Source: a virus
Taxonomy: Duplodnaviria > Caudoviricetes
DNA: 64,000 nucleotides
IMG/VR virus record: IMGVR_UViG_3300032138_000942
Location: 59,129-123,128 of that record
Direction: 5' to 3' (one strand)
The translations under genes were made by a program, and so were the position numbers. Positions 39,260 to 49,300 of this stretch are shown piece by piece; position 1 is the stretch's first letter, and every line of letters begins with the position of its first letter. The notes beneath the pieces were generated by a model. That model was not told the DNA's origin and ran no database searches. It saw only the letters and a program-made list of their open reading frames with translations.

Positions 39260-39805
39260 ATGGCTAATCAGAAATTTTGGGCAGACGCCAGACTAGAACC
39301 AAAAAGAGCACATAGATGGCTCTTGAACTTGGATGGGATTGATGCTTTCGTTATTAAGTCCGTTCAGAAGCCAAGTTTCACTATTTCCGAGACTCAGCAC
39401 ACCTTCTTTGGTCACAACTTTTATTATCCTGGCCAGGTTACTTGGAATACGATGGCAATCACCCTCGTGGATCCAATCGACCCGGACACTTCAATGATGC
39501 TTTACAACAAGCTTCGTTTGTCAGGATGGGATCTTCCAAATACGCTGCTTGGAGAGCCACTTCGTCCCGGTTTGTTTACCCCCTCAAAGGCGGAAGCAAC
39601 CAACGCGTTGGGCGGTAAAGTAAAACTCCGCCAGATTGGAACACTTGATGATGTTCCTAATCAGGTTGTTGAAGAATGGGCACTCTTTAATCCTTGGATT
39701 CTTGATGTAAACTTCGGACAACTTGATTATGCCAGCACAGACATGGTTGAAATAACAATGACACTGAGATTTGACTTTGCCGAGTTGGTTTCTCAACCAG
39801 GCTAA
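39260..39805 (+). CDS. Tail tube protein (T4 gp19-like)
   Basis: 'EPKRAHRW', 'YYPGQVTWN', 'VEEWAL', 'FGQLDY', 'ITMTLRFD'; follows the sheath; ACTATTTA at 39230-39237. Confidence 0.88.
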   Translation: MANQKFWADARLEPKRAHRWLLNLDGIDAFVIKSVQKPSFTISETQHTFFGHNFYYPGQVTWNTMAITLVDPIDPDTSMMLYNKLRLSGWDLPNTLLGEPLRPGLFTPSKAEATNALGGKVKLRQIGTLDDVPNQVVEEWALFNPWILDVNFGQLDYASTDMVEITMTLRFDFAELVSQPG

Positions 39806-39854
39806 GAATTACAGGGCTATACTATTTAAAACTACATTCATTTAAGAGGTATAC

Positions 39855-40709
39855 ATGTCAATCAGAAATAACGAAGATCGCCTTGGGGCAGTCCCCACAG
39901 GAGACGATCCCATCGCTGCCACTCAAGGCACCACAGAGGGGGCCACTTTTGCTTATGTCACCCCGACAGAGCATGTGGAGATTCCTTCGGAGGGAAGATA
40001 TTATCCAGCCGATCATCCCTTACACAACGAATCAACTATCGAGATTCGATATATGACGGCAAAGGAAGAGGACATTATGACATCGCCTTCTTTAATTAAA
40101 AAGGGGTTAGCCTTGGACAGACTTCTTAAGAGTATACTTGTAAACAAGAGTATCAACCCTGATACTCTTTTAGTCGGTGACAAAAACGCTATTTTGACAG
40201 AAGCTCGTATCACTGGCTATGGGAGTGACTACAACGTTACGGTCACATGTCCGATATGTGGAACCAACGAAAAACATAATTTTGATCTGCAAGAAGCAAA
40301 ACAGCTTAAGGCCGGAGAAGTGTGTGAGGGTGTAGAGCATGTGGCCGGTGATTTATTCTCCACCGTGTTGCCCACCACCAAGGTGACTGTCGAATTCAGT
40401 CTACTGACCGGAGCAGACGAGAAGAGAATCCTCCAATTGGTTGAGTCTAAGAAGAAAAGAAACCTTCCCGAGACAGCGTTCACGGATCAGCTTCGAATGA
40501 TCATTAGAACAGTTAATGGGAGTCCACGATTGGAGAACATTAATGAACTTATTACTAATATGCCCATTCCTGATGGACGATACTTGAGAAAACTTTATAA
40601 TACAGTCACTCCCGATCTTGAACTTAAGACCTCTTACACTTGTGAGACTTGTAACTCGGAAGAGGAGGTTGATCTGCCGCTCACGGCAGAGTTTTTTTGG
40701 CCTAGATAG
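39855..40709 (+). CDS. Tail/baseplate-hub assembly chaperone (T4 gp26-like)
   Basis: 'IPSEGRYYP', 'MTAKEEDIM', 'GDKNAIL..ARITGYG', CPIC and CETC, ends 'FFWPR'; ACTATTTA at 39821-39828. Confidence 0.75.
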   Translation: MSIRNNEDRLGAVPTGDDPIAATQGTTEGATFAYVTPTEHVEIPSEGRYYPADHPLHNESTIEIRYMTAKEEDIMTSPSLIKKGLALDRLLKSILVNKSINPDTLLVGDKNAILTEARITGYGSDYNVTVTCPICGTNEKHNFDLQEAKQLKAGEVCEGVEHVAGDLFSTVLPTTKVTVEFSLLTGADEKRILQLVESKKKRNLPETAFTDQLRMIIRTVNGSPRLENINELITNMPIPDGRYLRKLYNTVTPDLELKTSYTCETCNSEEEVDLPLTAEFFWPR

Positions 40710-40881
40710 TGAATACATGGAGAACGTTTATGAACAGTTCTTCTTTATGAAATACCATGGTGGCTGGAGCTTTACGGAGGCTTACAATTTACCGATCAAA
40801 ATCCGAACTTGGTTTGCTGAACGATTGGTGAAACAACTACAAGATGAAAAAGAAGCCATTGAAAAAGCTTATAAAAGTTAG
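40693..40881 (+). CDS. Small tail-assembly chaperone partner (gp51/gpT-like), probably reached by frameshift from the upstream gene
   Basis: The +1 frame is open through the T7 run (40692-40698): FFGLDSEYMENVYEQFFFMKYHGGWSFTEAYNLPIKIRTWF...; the internal ATG at 40717 has no clear SD. Confidence 0.6.
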   Translation, partial: FFGLDSEYMENVYEQFFFMKYHGGWSFTEAYNLPIKIRTWFAERLVKQLQDEKEAIEKAYKS

Positions 40882-40915
40882 TGCCTTCTAATTATATTAT
40901 TAAGAGGATCTCTGA

Positions 40916-41248
40916 ATGTCAGATAACAACGAAATTCAAAAACCCACAATTGATTTAGGACTTCATCGAAGAGGCAATCTTGATGAAAGCGCCCTTACAC
41001 GAATGGGTGCTCAATTGGGCTATGCTCTGAGTCAACTTATGGCGGGAGCCGAGCCGTTTCTCAATGTTAAGGGCTCCCCAGCGGAGATCGCTTCACTGTC
41101 CGGAGCACTTGGCATGGAGAAGCGACACATGGAAGACCTTTTGAAGCACGGAGCGAGCAGTTCCCAGGCCGCTTCATCATATCGAAGCCTTGTCCCTGCC
41201 GCCAGAGAGTTCGAACGTTTAACGGGCATTCCGTGGCCCTTTAAATAG
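40916..41248 (+). CDS. Hypothetical protein
   Basis: 110 aa, GAGG RBS, CTAATTA motif at 40888-40894; ends 'FERLTGIPWPFK'. Confidence 0.6.
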   Translation: MSDNNEIQKPTIDLGLHRRGNLDESALTRMGAQLGYALSQLMAGAEPFLNVKGSPAEIASLSGALGMEKRHMEDLLKHGASSSQAASSYRSLVPAAREFERLTGIPWPFK

Positions 41249-41259
41249 GAGAGGGCTAA

Positions 41260-43437
41260 ATGGCATTATCTCCAGATTTACAGAAATTACTAGACGCACT
41301 TCAAGGCAAAGGCACCACGGGCGACAACCTTAAAAAAATTGCTGACCATTGGAAAGCCATGGCGGAAAGCGCCAGGAACCTGGTGGACGCCAATGAGGAT
41401 ATAAGCAAGTGGACCAAGGAACAAGCTAAGGCCCAGCTTGAAATTGGGCGAAATCAAGAAATTCTTCAACAACTGCTGAAAAGCGAGGCGGAATTCCAAC
41501 AGGACCTACTCTCAAACAGGGAGAAGATCCGAAAAGAAATGGAGAGGCTCGAAGAACTCGGCATCAAAGGCGCTAAAAAACAAAAAGAATATCTCAAAGA
41601 TCTCGTGAGACAACGTAAAGAAGTCGTCCGACTGAAAAACCTTGGCAAAACTAAACGAGAAGAAACAGCCAAAGAAGTTAAGAAGCAACAACAGATAACC
41701 AAGGAACTGGTTAAGCAGAAGGAATTAACGTTGGGTGGCGTCGATATGTTGTCAAAGGCCGCTGGCTTCGGTAAAAAGTTTGATAGCACTTGGACAGGGG
41801 CAATTACCAATATCGTCAAGGGGTGGGACAACGTTGGCGGAGCCGTCGAAGAAATTTTTACTCCGGAAGTCAAAGCGGGCTGGCTGGCCCTTTCCTTTGA
41901 AAAGCAAATTAAAAGCTGGGTTACATTGGCTTTCCAAGCCGATGAGTTAAGATCAAGCTTCATAAAACAAACAGGTGCCACCAAAGACCTCTCTGATGTA
42001 ACCAACGCCGCTTCTAAGAGCATGAGACAAATGGGCCTCGGCATGGAGACGGCATATGAAGCCTCAGCGGTCTTAATGGACGGGATCACCGCTTTCCAGA
42101 CAGGGACAGAAGAGTCTCAAAGCAGCTTGATAAAGTGGACAGCCACTTTGGGTAAAGCGGGAATTGACATGGGGGCAGCCACAAAAGTCTTCCAGGCTTT
42201 TAATAAAAGTTTGGGAATGAGCCCTAAAAGGGCAGCTGCCGCCACCGAGCGTATAATTCAGTTCGCTCGTGTGATGAAAATGAACGTCAATCGAGCCCTG
42301 GCTGACGCCAACGCCCTGATGCCAACACTGCTCGCTCACGGAGAAAAAGCGGAACAGGTCTTTAAAGGTATGGCAATGACCGCCCAACAGACCGGAATAA
42401 GTATGCAAAACCTCTTTAATATTGCCAAAGGGTTTGACACTTTTGAAAAGGCTGCCTCTTCCACCGCCAAATTAAACGCTATTTTGGGAGGAGGTTATCT
42501 CAACTCTGTCGAGATGGTTTACGCCACAGAGTCCGAAAGGCTTATTATGCTTCAGAAGACCCTGGCTTTATCTGGAAAGAACTTTAATCAGATGAAGCGT
42601 TTTGAGAAACAAGCGTTGGCGAACTCCACCGGATTCAGTTCTGTGGCTGAAGCGGCAAACTTCTTTAATAACAGTATTGAGGTGAACACCGCTGAGATGG
42701 AGAGGAATGCAGAAAAACAAGAGACAATGAGAGAATTGGCCGAGCGAGCAATGCCAGTAATGGAGCAAATGAGAATGATGTTCCAACAAATGGCCATTGA
42801 TTTACAGCCGGCTGTCACTGGACTGGGCAAACTTGTTTCGTTCTTTGGAAAAATATTTTCAGCCGGTGATGGCTGGATCGGCATAATTGCCGGAATTGCA
42901 TTGGCGGTGTGGAAATTGGGAAAAGCACTTATGTTCGTGGCAGGAGAACAAGCGTTGATCGGCGGCGGAGCAGGAGGAGCAGCTGCAGCCACTGGCCTTG
43001 CTAAGTGGGCTCCCCTGTTGATGAAAGGGGGTCTCTTGGGACTCGGCCTCGCCGCCGTGGTCGGTGGGGGGATTTTGGCATATAACGCCTTTAGCGACGA
43101 CGACGAAGAAACTCCAACAGGATTCCAAGGGGGAAAAAGAGCCACGATGAGCCTCCACAGAGGCGAAGGAGTACAACACCGAGGGAAAATGGCGAAAGTT
43201 TCCCGCCCTGGATTGTTCAATCTTCCAGATGACGCCACAGTTCACACATCTAACGCCACCTCCAATTTTGCCACTCGTGATGACATGGCCTCATTTGGCA
43301 ACGAGTTAAAAGAGGGGCTTTCTCAGATAGCAGCCTCAATGGGTGGAAACCAAATCATGCTCGATGGAGAGATATTGGGCAGATGGACAAAATCTAATGT
43401 TGTCGATCCAAGCTTACAACCCTTTAATACCGCATAA
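41260..43437 (+). CDS. Tape measure protein
   Basis: 725 aa, Ala/Lys/Glu-rich helical, C-terminal hydrophobic segments; downstream of tube and chaperones. Confidence 0.75.
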   Translation: MALSPDLQKLLDALQGKGTTGDNLKKIADHWKAMAESARNLVDANEDISKWTKEQAKAQLEIGRNQEILQQLLKSEAEFQQDLLSNREKIRKEMERLEELGIKGAKKQKEYLKDLVRQRKEVVRLKNLGKTKREETAKEVKKQQQITKELVKQKELTLGGVDMLSKAAGFGKKFDSTWTGAITNIVKGWDNVGGAVEEIFTPEVKAGWLALSFEKQIKSWVTLAFQADELRSSFIKQTGATKDLSDVTNAASKSMRQMGLGMETAYEASAVLMDGITAFQTGTEESQSSLIKWTATLGKAGIDMGAATKVFQAFNKSLGMSPKRAAAATERIIQFARVMKMNVNRALADANALMPTLLAHGEKAEQVFKGMAMTAQQTGISMQNLFNIAKGFDTFEKAASSTAKLNAILGGGYLNSVEMVYATESERLIMLQKTLALSGKNFNQMKRFEKQALANSTGFSSVAEAANFFNNSIEVNTAEMERNAEKQETMRELAERAMPVMEQMRMMFQQMAIDLQPAVTGLGKLVSFFGKIFSAGDGWIGIIAGIALAVWKLGKALMFVAGEQALIGGGAGGAAAATGLAKWAPLLMKGGLLGLGLAAVVGGGILAYNAFSDDDEETPTGFQGGKRATMSLHRGEGVQHRGKMAKVSRPGLFNLPDDATVHTSNATSNFATRDDMASFGNELKEGLSQIAASMGGNQIMLDGEILGRWTKSNVVDPSLQPFNTA

Positions 43438-43484
43438 CTTTTGAACGAGCTTATAATTAGTAAGAGAACAAAGGGAATTAGTTA

Positions 43485-44390
43485 ATGAGTAAGGACAGAA
43501 AAGAATTTTATGCCCGCTCGCTGGTGAGGCCAACAACCAAAGGTCTGCCCGGTGAAGTAACTCCAAGCTGGTATACTGATTATGCCACTGCTCTGGCAAA
43601 TCGTTATGGATTATATGTTCGAATCAAAGGACTTCACATCCCTGATAAAAAAGGCTACGGCGGAGTCAATGAAGTAAAGTTCCGAGCTTTTTTAAACAGT
43701 TATAATGAAAGTTATACAACCAAGCTGAAAGCGGAACAACTCGTTGGCCATTATGAACCTCTCCGAAAAGTCACGGGCATCGAACGAACCGTTCAGATCG
43801 GAGTGGACATCCCATCCTTTAGTATTGAAGATGCCATGGCAAACCTTCAAGAAGTGAAGAGTTTTGTTCAGTTACTTTACCCTCGAACAAAGAGCACTAC
43901 GGCTGGAGGAATAAAACAAAAATATGTAAGAACCGGGGGAGATCCAATTTTTAGAGTGAAGTTCGCCAATTTTGTGGTTGATTCCACTTATAAAAATCTC
44001 GATGAGAGAGACGATAGTCTCAACTCTCACCCGATAACGACTTTGGGACAAAAGGGGTATATTGATAATGTAAATTATCAGTTTCAAACTAATCAGGGCT
44101 TTTATGTATTACCAAACGGATTTAGTTATCCTAAACTTATAACCCTCTCATTTAGTTTTTACCCCCTTCATGAAGTCTCCCCCTCGTGGACTGACGGCGG
44201 CTTTGATCACGAGCATCTTCCTAATGCCGCCCAGCCCGATGTACTCAAACAGTTCAATATTTCCCAGGAAGGTCGGGCCGGAGCACCGGTGAGTATATCA
44301 CCAGCGGGAAATTCTTTAGATTCTCCCCCTCCAGTAAGAGATGCTGAGGGAAAGCAGATTTTGGGCCAGAATAGGATAGAACAAGAATGA
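43485..44390 (+). CDS. Baseplate/tube-initiator-like protein
   Basis: 'VKFRAFLNSYNESY', 'GYIDNVNY', 'YPKLITLSFSF'; lies between tape measure and LysM-like gene. Confidence 0.55.
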   Translation: MSKDRKEFYARSLVRPTTKGLPGEVTPSWYTDYATALANRYGLYVRIKGLHIPDKKGYGGVNEVKFRAFLNSYNESYTTKLKAEQLVGHYEPLRKVTGIERTVQIGVDIPSFSIEDAMANLQEVKSFVQLLYPRTKSTTAGGIKQKYVRTGGDPIFRVKFANFVVDSTYKNLDERDDSLNSHPITTLGQKGYIDNVNYQFQTNQGFYVLPNGFSYPKLITLSFSFYPLHEVSPSWTDGGFDHEHLPNAAQPDVLKQFNISQEGRAGAPVSISPAGNSLDSPPPVRDAEGKQILGQNRIEQE

Positions 44391-44716
44391 GTGATACTCA
44401 CGGAAAAAGCATTTTCAATAATAATGCTAATCTTTATAGAAATTATCTAAAGGACAGAAATATAGAATTTGTGAGACAATATTCGTCTCCCACTTTTAAT
44501 TATCCCTCGGCAGATGACCTGCAAGATATTATTTTACACAAACATATTTGGACAATGGGAGACAGGTTTTATAAATTGGGACTCGACTATTATGGAAGCA
44601 CCGAGCACTGGTGGATTGTTCCATGGTTCAATCAAAAACCACTAGAATCAGATTATGAATATGGAGAGGTGATATATGTCCCTCTTCCATTAGAAGAAAT
44701 TTTAGCACTAACGTAA
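44387..44716 (+). CDS. Baseplate wedge protein, LysM-like (T4 gp53-like)
   Basis: 'HIWTMGDRFYKLGLDYYGSTEHWWIVPWFN...GEVIYVP'. Confidence 0.75.
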   Translation: MSDTHGKSIFNNNANLYRNYLKDRNIEFVRQYSSPTFNYPSADDLQDIILHKHIWTMGDRFYKLGLDYYGSTEHWWIVPWFNQKPLESDYEYGEVIYVPLPLEEILALT

Positions 44717-44720
44717 TACA

Positions 44721-47675
44721 ATGGGAACAAAAAAACGAAACGAACTAGATTCATTTGATGAACAAGGTTTTCTGATTCGGAACCTTTCTTATTTTGATAA
44801 CCTAAAAGGAAATCAACTTCCTGAACAATATCAGAATATCCTGATTAGGCCCCCAGGAAAGGCAAAGGGTAAATTTATACAAGACGCTTACACACAACCT
44901 TACCAGGAGATAAAGTTTCTTGCTGATTTACAAGGGAGAGAAAAAGGTCACGAGCACTTCTACTTGATGGACAGGCTTCCGAAGGAAATCATCACCTCCC
45001 TCAATCCATATGTCAAGATTTATAAGGTGCTTTATGAAAGCGAAAACAGCGAGGAGCCTATTTTAGCCCAACTCCCCTTCAACAATATGAAATCTCATCG
45101 AGTCACCGACAGTCAGTATCAAGGAGTTGCCCCTGGTCAACTGGCCGTGGGGCTTAAGGGGTTTGACTTTGATTACTTAGGGAACCATCCTGGTGAAGTC
45201 GACACCTTTATTGATTGTAAACTTAAATTATATTTTTCAAGTGTGGATGGGCTTTTTAAGCAATACACTCACAAACACAAGAACAAAAATTATAAATATT
45301 CCTTCTTAGACCTCATAAAGAGGCCCAAGAAGTATCACACCCCAGGAAAAGAAGGTGAGAAAACATATAATAGTGATTTTTTTCGAGTTCGTGTGGATGT
45401 GGGATACATCAATCCCGATAACGATGTGATTGATCAGGCAGTTAAGAGCATGGGGGAGGCTGTAACAAACAAACCACGTTATAAGAGAAAATTGATTGCC
45501 GAGATCCAAAAAGCTAAAATTTCCTTCTTCTTAAACTTACAGCGCCATGTTATAACTCCCCAGTTCGATGTTCCTTCCGGAGGCTTTGACATGGAGCTAA
45601 CGTTCAACGCATCAGTTGAAAACTCACTAACCTCTAAAGGAGCAGATGTGTTAATCAGTGGAATGAGTAAAGGTGATGCTGAATCATTGAGGAAGTCTGA
45701 CCCTTATAAGGACTATGAGAAGGCCAGGGCAGTCGTCGACAATCTCTTTGGCTCTGGAAAGGCTCGAATTCTCGATTCTTATCAATTCTCTGATTTTTTT
45801 AGTGAAGCTCCGCTTGGAAGAATAGCGGTTGGTCGGCCCACTGAATCCCTGGCCATTTTAGGAAAGAGCATAGGTGGCCTTTCGTTCACCTGGGGAGATG
45901 CTTCGAGCGGTTCGGTCGAGGCAAACAACCGGTTTAAAGGCCCCAATGGCTTCGTGGAATACGCTGCTTGGCACTCTGATGTCGCTTATCAGGAAGCGGG
46001 GAGCGGAATCCACCCCGATGAAATGAAGGCGGTGGCTCGCTATTTTGTTCGACGGGCTGCCTTAGAACAGTGGAAAAGACAAAAAGGGTTTAGCGATAAT
46101 CAACAAAGGGTTTTCGCTTATAACAGAATTATTCGAGACTTGTTACACCCTCACCGGTTGTTTAATTACAAAGACTTCCACGCTGCTTATCCGGTAAAAG
46201 TGTATAGAGCCTCACTTCCGATGTCTGTGATTCGAGAATATAATGAGAAGATTGTTTCCAAGAGTTACACTGAAAAGGAAAAAAGAAGTGTCCAGCATGA
46301 AGAAGCGGGGGGAGGCTTTAAAACTAGAGCGGAACAAGCTCGAAAGGCCAGAGAAACTCGCCAAACAGAGACGCTCAAGTTCATGAAAACGTTGGAAACC
46401 GGCCAATCCTTGGGTGCCACAAGCACACTGGGGGATAGTTTAAATAAGGAGTTGGGCGCATATTATAGGTCGGTTGAAGACTCGGTGAAAAAACGAAACA
46501 AGAATAAGGCTGCCAAGGATGAGGTTCCCCCATTTGCTGTCGCTCGCCCCAAACTTAAAGATAATGACCCTAATGGGAAAATAGATCTAAGATGGGTGTA
46601 TTTTGGTGATCTTATTGACACGGCTATTAACGTCACCAAGGCTGAATATGATCGACTAAACCTGTCAATGAAACTCAATTTGTGGACTGTAAAAGGAGAT
46701 GAGCAGGGGGGTCTTGAACTTGCTAATGTTGGAAAAAACCCCGCCTCCGCGACCGCTGAATATTTGAAAGATAAGTTCTTTATTGTTTTGGGAAGCTATG
46801 AGTTCACGAGGCCCAATGACAATACACAAATGTTTAATTTAGCTCGCTTTCCCATTCCTTTACGAAGCTTTGTTTCTTTTTGGAATAAAAAAGTGGTTGA
46901 ACCCCAGAGGGACACCTATTCTCTAAGGTCGTTCATTCGAGACGTATACGTGGAGCTAGTTCTTAACCCACTTAATAAGACCTCCAGAGTTCAAGCCCCT
47001 GAAGAAGCTTATTCGGCCCATTATGAGATCATAAGTTTGTCGAACAACCACCGTGGCAAACTGGGAGTCTTCCAGGACCACGGATCATCTGAGGTGATGA
47101 GTAATGCCTTTTATGCTCAATACGCTGAGGGGAAACTAAAAGGAACCCAAGATATATTATATTTGGGGCTCACTAAGAAAAATCAATATTCTCTTTTTGC
47201 CAACAATAGGGCCAAGGATGTGAAAAGAGGGATTATTTATCTTAATCTCAAACAAGAGGGCAGCCCCGTTTTAAACATTAAGTTTAAACGAGCCGATCAG
47301 CCATATCTTATGGAAGCGAAAGCGGAAAAGGGCCTTTTGAATCGAGTAACCCAATTGAGCGAGGTTTATAATTGTGATTTTACAACGGTTGGGAATATGA
47401 TGATCAAACCAGGAAAGATGATTTATATTTCTGATCCCCACTTTGGAGATCTTAATGCCTTTTTCGCCAAAGCTAGGAGCCAAAAAGTGACAGCTGATCT
47501 AGTATATGATAAGGCCCACGCCAGCGTGCTCTTGGGAATCGGCGGCTATTACCTTGTCACAAAAGCCCATCATACAATGGCAGCCGAAGGCTCCCGCTTA
47601 CGCTGGAAAACATCAGCGACTTGTTTCTGGAATAGCTTTGGAACCAGTTTAGAGCAGATAGTAAAAAATCAATAG
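44721..47675 (+). CDS. Large baseplate hub-like protein
   Basis: 984 aa; C-terminal 'YNCDFTTVGNMMIKPGKMIYI...GIGGYYLVTKAHH' resembles gp27/late-control D hub folds; synteny. Confidence 0.5.
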   Translation: MGTKKRNELDSFDEQGFLIRNLSYFDNLKGNQLPEQYQNILIRPPGKAKGKFIQDAYTQPYQEIKFLADLQGREKGHEHFYLMDRLPKEIITSLNPYVKIYKVLYESENSEEPILAQLPFNNMKSHRVTDSQYQGVAPGQLAVGLKGFDFDYLGNHPGEVDTFIDCKLKLYFSSVDGLFKQYTHKHKNKNYKYSFLDLIKRPKKYHTPGKEGEKTYNSDFFRVRVDVGYINPDNDVIDQAVKSMGEAVTNKPRYKRKLIAEIQKAKISFFLNLQRHVITPQFDVPSGGFDMELTFNASVENSLTSKGADVLISGMSKGDAESLRKSDPYKDYEKARAVVDNLFGSGKARILDSYQFSDFFSEAPLGRIAVGRPTESLAILGKSIGGLSFTWGDASSGSVEANNRFKGPNGFVEYAAWHSDVAYQEAGSGIHPDEMKAVARYFVRRAALEQWKRQKGFSDNQQRVFAYNRIIRDLLHPHRLFNYKDFHAAYPVKVYRASLPMSVIREYNEKIVSKSYTEKEKRSVQHEEAGGGFKTRAEQARKARETRQTETLKFMKTLETGQSLGATSTLGDSLNKELGAYYRSVEDSVKKRNKNKAAKDEVPPFAVARPKLKDNDPNGKIDLRWVYFGDLIDTAINVTKAEYDRLNLSMKLNLWTVKGDEQGGLELANVGKNPASATAEYLKDKFFIVLGSYEFTRPNDNTQMFNLARFPIPLRSFVSFWNKKVVEPQRDTYSLRSFIRDVYVELVLNPLNKTSRVQAPEEAYSAHYEIISLSNNHRGKLGVFQDHGSSEVMSNAFYAQYAEGKLKGTQDILYLGLTKKNQYSLFANNRAKDVKRGIIYLNLKQEGSPVLNIKFKRADQPYLMEAKAEKGLLNRVTQLSEVYNCDFTTVGNMMIKPGKMIYISDPHFGDLNAFFAKARSQKVTADLVYDKAHASVLLGIGGYYLVTKAHHTMAAEGSRLRWKTSATCFWNSFGTSLEQIVKNQ

Positions 47676-47719
47676 CCCAATTAATAATTTGTTTTATCCT
47701 ATTATCCTATTTATATAAG

Positions 47720-49291
47720 ATGAAGATTATTAATCCATATGTGGAATATTATGCCAAGCAAGAATATAATTCGACCTTTAGTCCCGGCATCAAAGCCATT
47801 GACATGTGGCACGACCGAACTTTTTATGGAAGAGTGGACGAGTTCCAAAATTCAGTTTTTATCTCTAGTCAAAACTTAGAAGATAAACTTAAGATCTTGG
47901 ACGTGCCGAGTAAAACATCTTTTTATACTCTCAACTTTGTTTCGGACGCCTTTACGACTCTAAGAAATTATGTCCAAAAAGCCAGCGCCACCGGTAAAAT
48001 ACCTAAAAATGGGCTTTATTCTAAATTGAGTCCCACGGCGGCTTATTTGAACATGGCCAACCCCTTTAGTGCCCACATAGAGCAATATTATAGACTTTTT
48101 GTCACTTACCTGATCGACATCAACGCCCTGCCCAAGGTCAAAACTATTGAAGATTTTGTCGAGAGACTAAAAGATTTCTCCACGGAGTATAGTGGGGACC
48201 TTCCTTTGACTCGGAGCAGTTACATAAAATCTCGATTTTTCAACCCTCTTTCCACGGGACTGATGATCGACCTTTACACTGTGGATGCTGATGACGATGG
48301 AAAGAGGTATGCCTGCCTCGATGATCCCACATTTAATTTTTTCCAAATTGCTGCCCGCCGTCATGGCTTTTATATAGTGAAACATATGCCTTGGCGAATT
48401 GTTGCCAATGTTTCATCAATAGCGATGCAAAAATATTTTATGAGCCCCACCGGCCAATTTTATGATGACGCCGGGTATTCGATGGGAGTCGAGAACTACG
48501 GCCTGAAGTATGCCCCAGGCACCGCCACCAATCTGTTTGGGAAGAGAAATGAGGTCCCCAAGAAAGTAACTAAGAAAATAGAACTAACAATGGACCAGTA
48601 TGAGGATTGGAAAAAGGGCCTTGTTAGTGAATATGTGGAGGAGTATATCATGACTCGGCCCGCTCCCTATTATGAAAAAAGTTACTTAACAGATATTGAA
48701 AAACTTCAGCTTAATATAGTGACCATGTGGAACATGCTTGTTAACGAAGACACTTATGCTGTGGATTCAGTCAAGTGTAAATCATCGAATAAATATAAAA
48801 AAACTTTTTATGAACGTAAATTGATCGGAGTTCCGCCACTGGTCCTCCCAACCTCCCCGTCATCTCTCAACCCTCCAAAGCCGCTGGCCCCCAGCGCCCC
48901 CTTAGTTAAATCTTATTTTAATTCCCACCCAACGTTTACAGAGAAAAACTGGGTTAAATTATATTCTCACTTACTTTATTATGAGAATAGTGTAAAATTA
49001 TCTGAGAGACGCAAAAAAAACCTTGACAAGACGATTAATAAGTATTATGATGTTAAAGGGTACTTAGCCACCCTTACTTATATTAATGATTACTTCAAAA
49101 AAATCAAAAGCGAAGCAGTCAATCCTGCCGATTGCCAGGACTTCACTTTCTGTCAAGCAGAACAACAAAAGGTTTCGGCAGCAGCACTCTTCCCATCCAA
49201 TGTCACAGTCATCCAAAATACCACAACTCCGGGCTCCCCTTCTTCAGGCGGAGGATCTTCAGGCGGTGGAGGCTCTGGCGGGGGCTATTAA
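47720..49291 (+). CDS. Hypothetical late protein with Gly/Ser C-terminal tail
   Basis: 523 aa; CCTATTTA at 47706-47713; ends SSGGGSSGGGGSGGGY. Confidence 0.65.
   Translation: MKIINPYVEYYAKQEYNSTFSPGIKAIDMWHDRTFYGRVDEFQNSVFISSQNLEDKLKILDVPSKTSFYTLNFVSDAFTTLRNYVQKASATGKIPKNGLYSKLSPTAAYLNMANPFSAHIEQYYRLFVTYLIDINALPKVKTIEDFVERLKDFSTEYSGDLPLTRSSYIKSRFFNPLSTGLMIDLYTVDADDDGKRYACLDDPTFNFFQIAARRHGFYIVKHMPWRIVANVSSIAMQKYFMSPTGQFYDDAGYSMGVENYGLKYAPGTATNLFGKRNEVPKKVTKKIELTMDQYEDWKKGLVSEYVEEYIMTRPAPYYEKSYLTDIEKLQLNIVTMWNMLVNEDTYAVDSVKCKSSNKYKKTFYERKLIGVPPLVLPTSPSSLNPPKPLAPSAPLVKSYFNSHPTFTEKNWVKLYSHLLYYENSVKLSERRKKNLDKTINKYYDVKGYLATLTYINDYFKKIKSEAVNPADCQDFTFCQAEQQKVSAAALFPSNVTVIQNTTTPGSPSSGGGSSGGGGSGGGY
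49023..49051 (+). promoter_or_regulatory. Sigma70-type promoter embedded in CDS: TTGACA-17-TATGAT
   Basis: -35 at 49023-49028, -10 at 49046-49051, about 250 nt upstream of the replication block. Confidence 0.6.
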
Positions 49292-49300
49292 AGGTTCGAG

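Noticed and set aside
32745-47715. T4 late promoter TATAAATA on the minus strand (reverse complement of TATTTATA at 32745, 33345, 47708)
   Set aside because: No credible minus-strand genes lie downstream, and the conserved part is ACTANTTA positioned before + strand starts, so the sense orientation explains it better.
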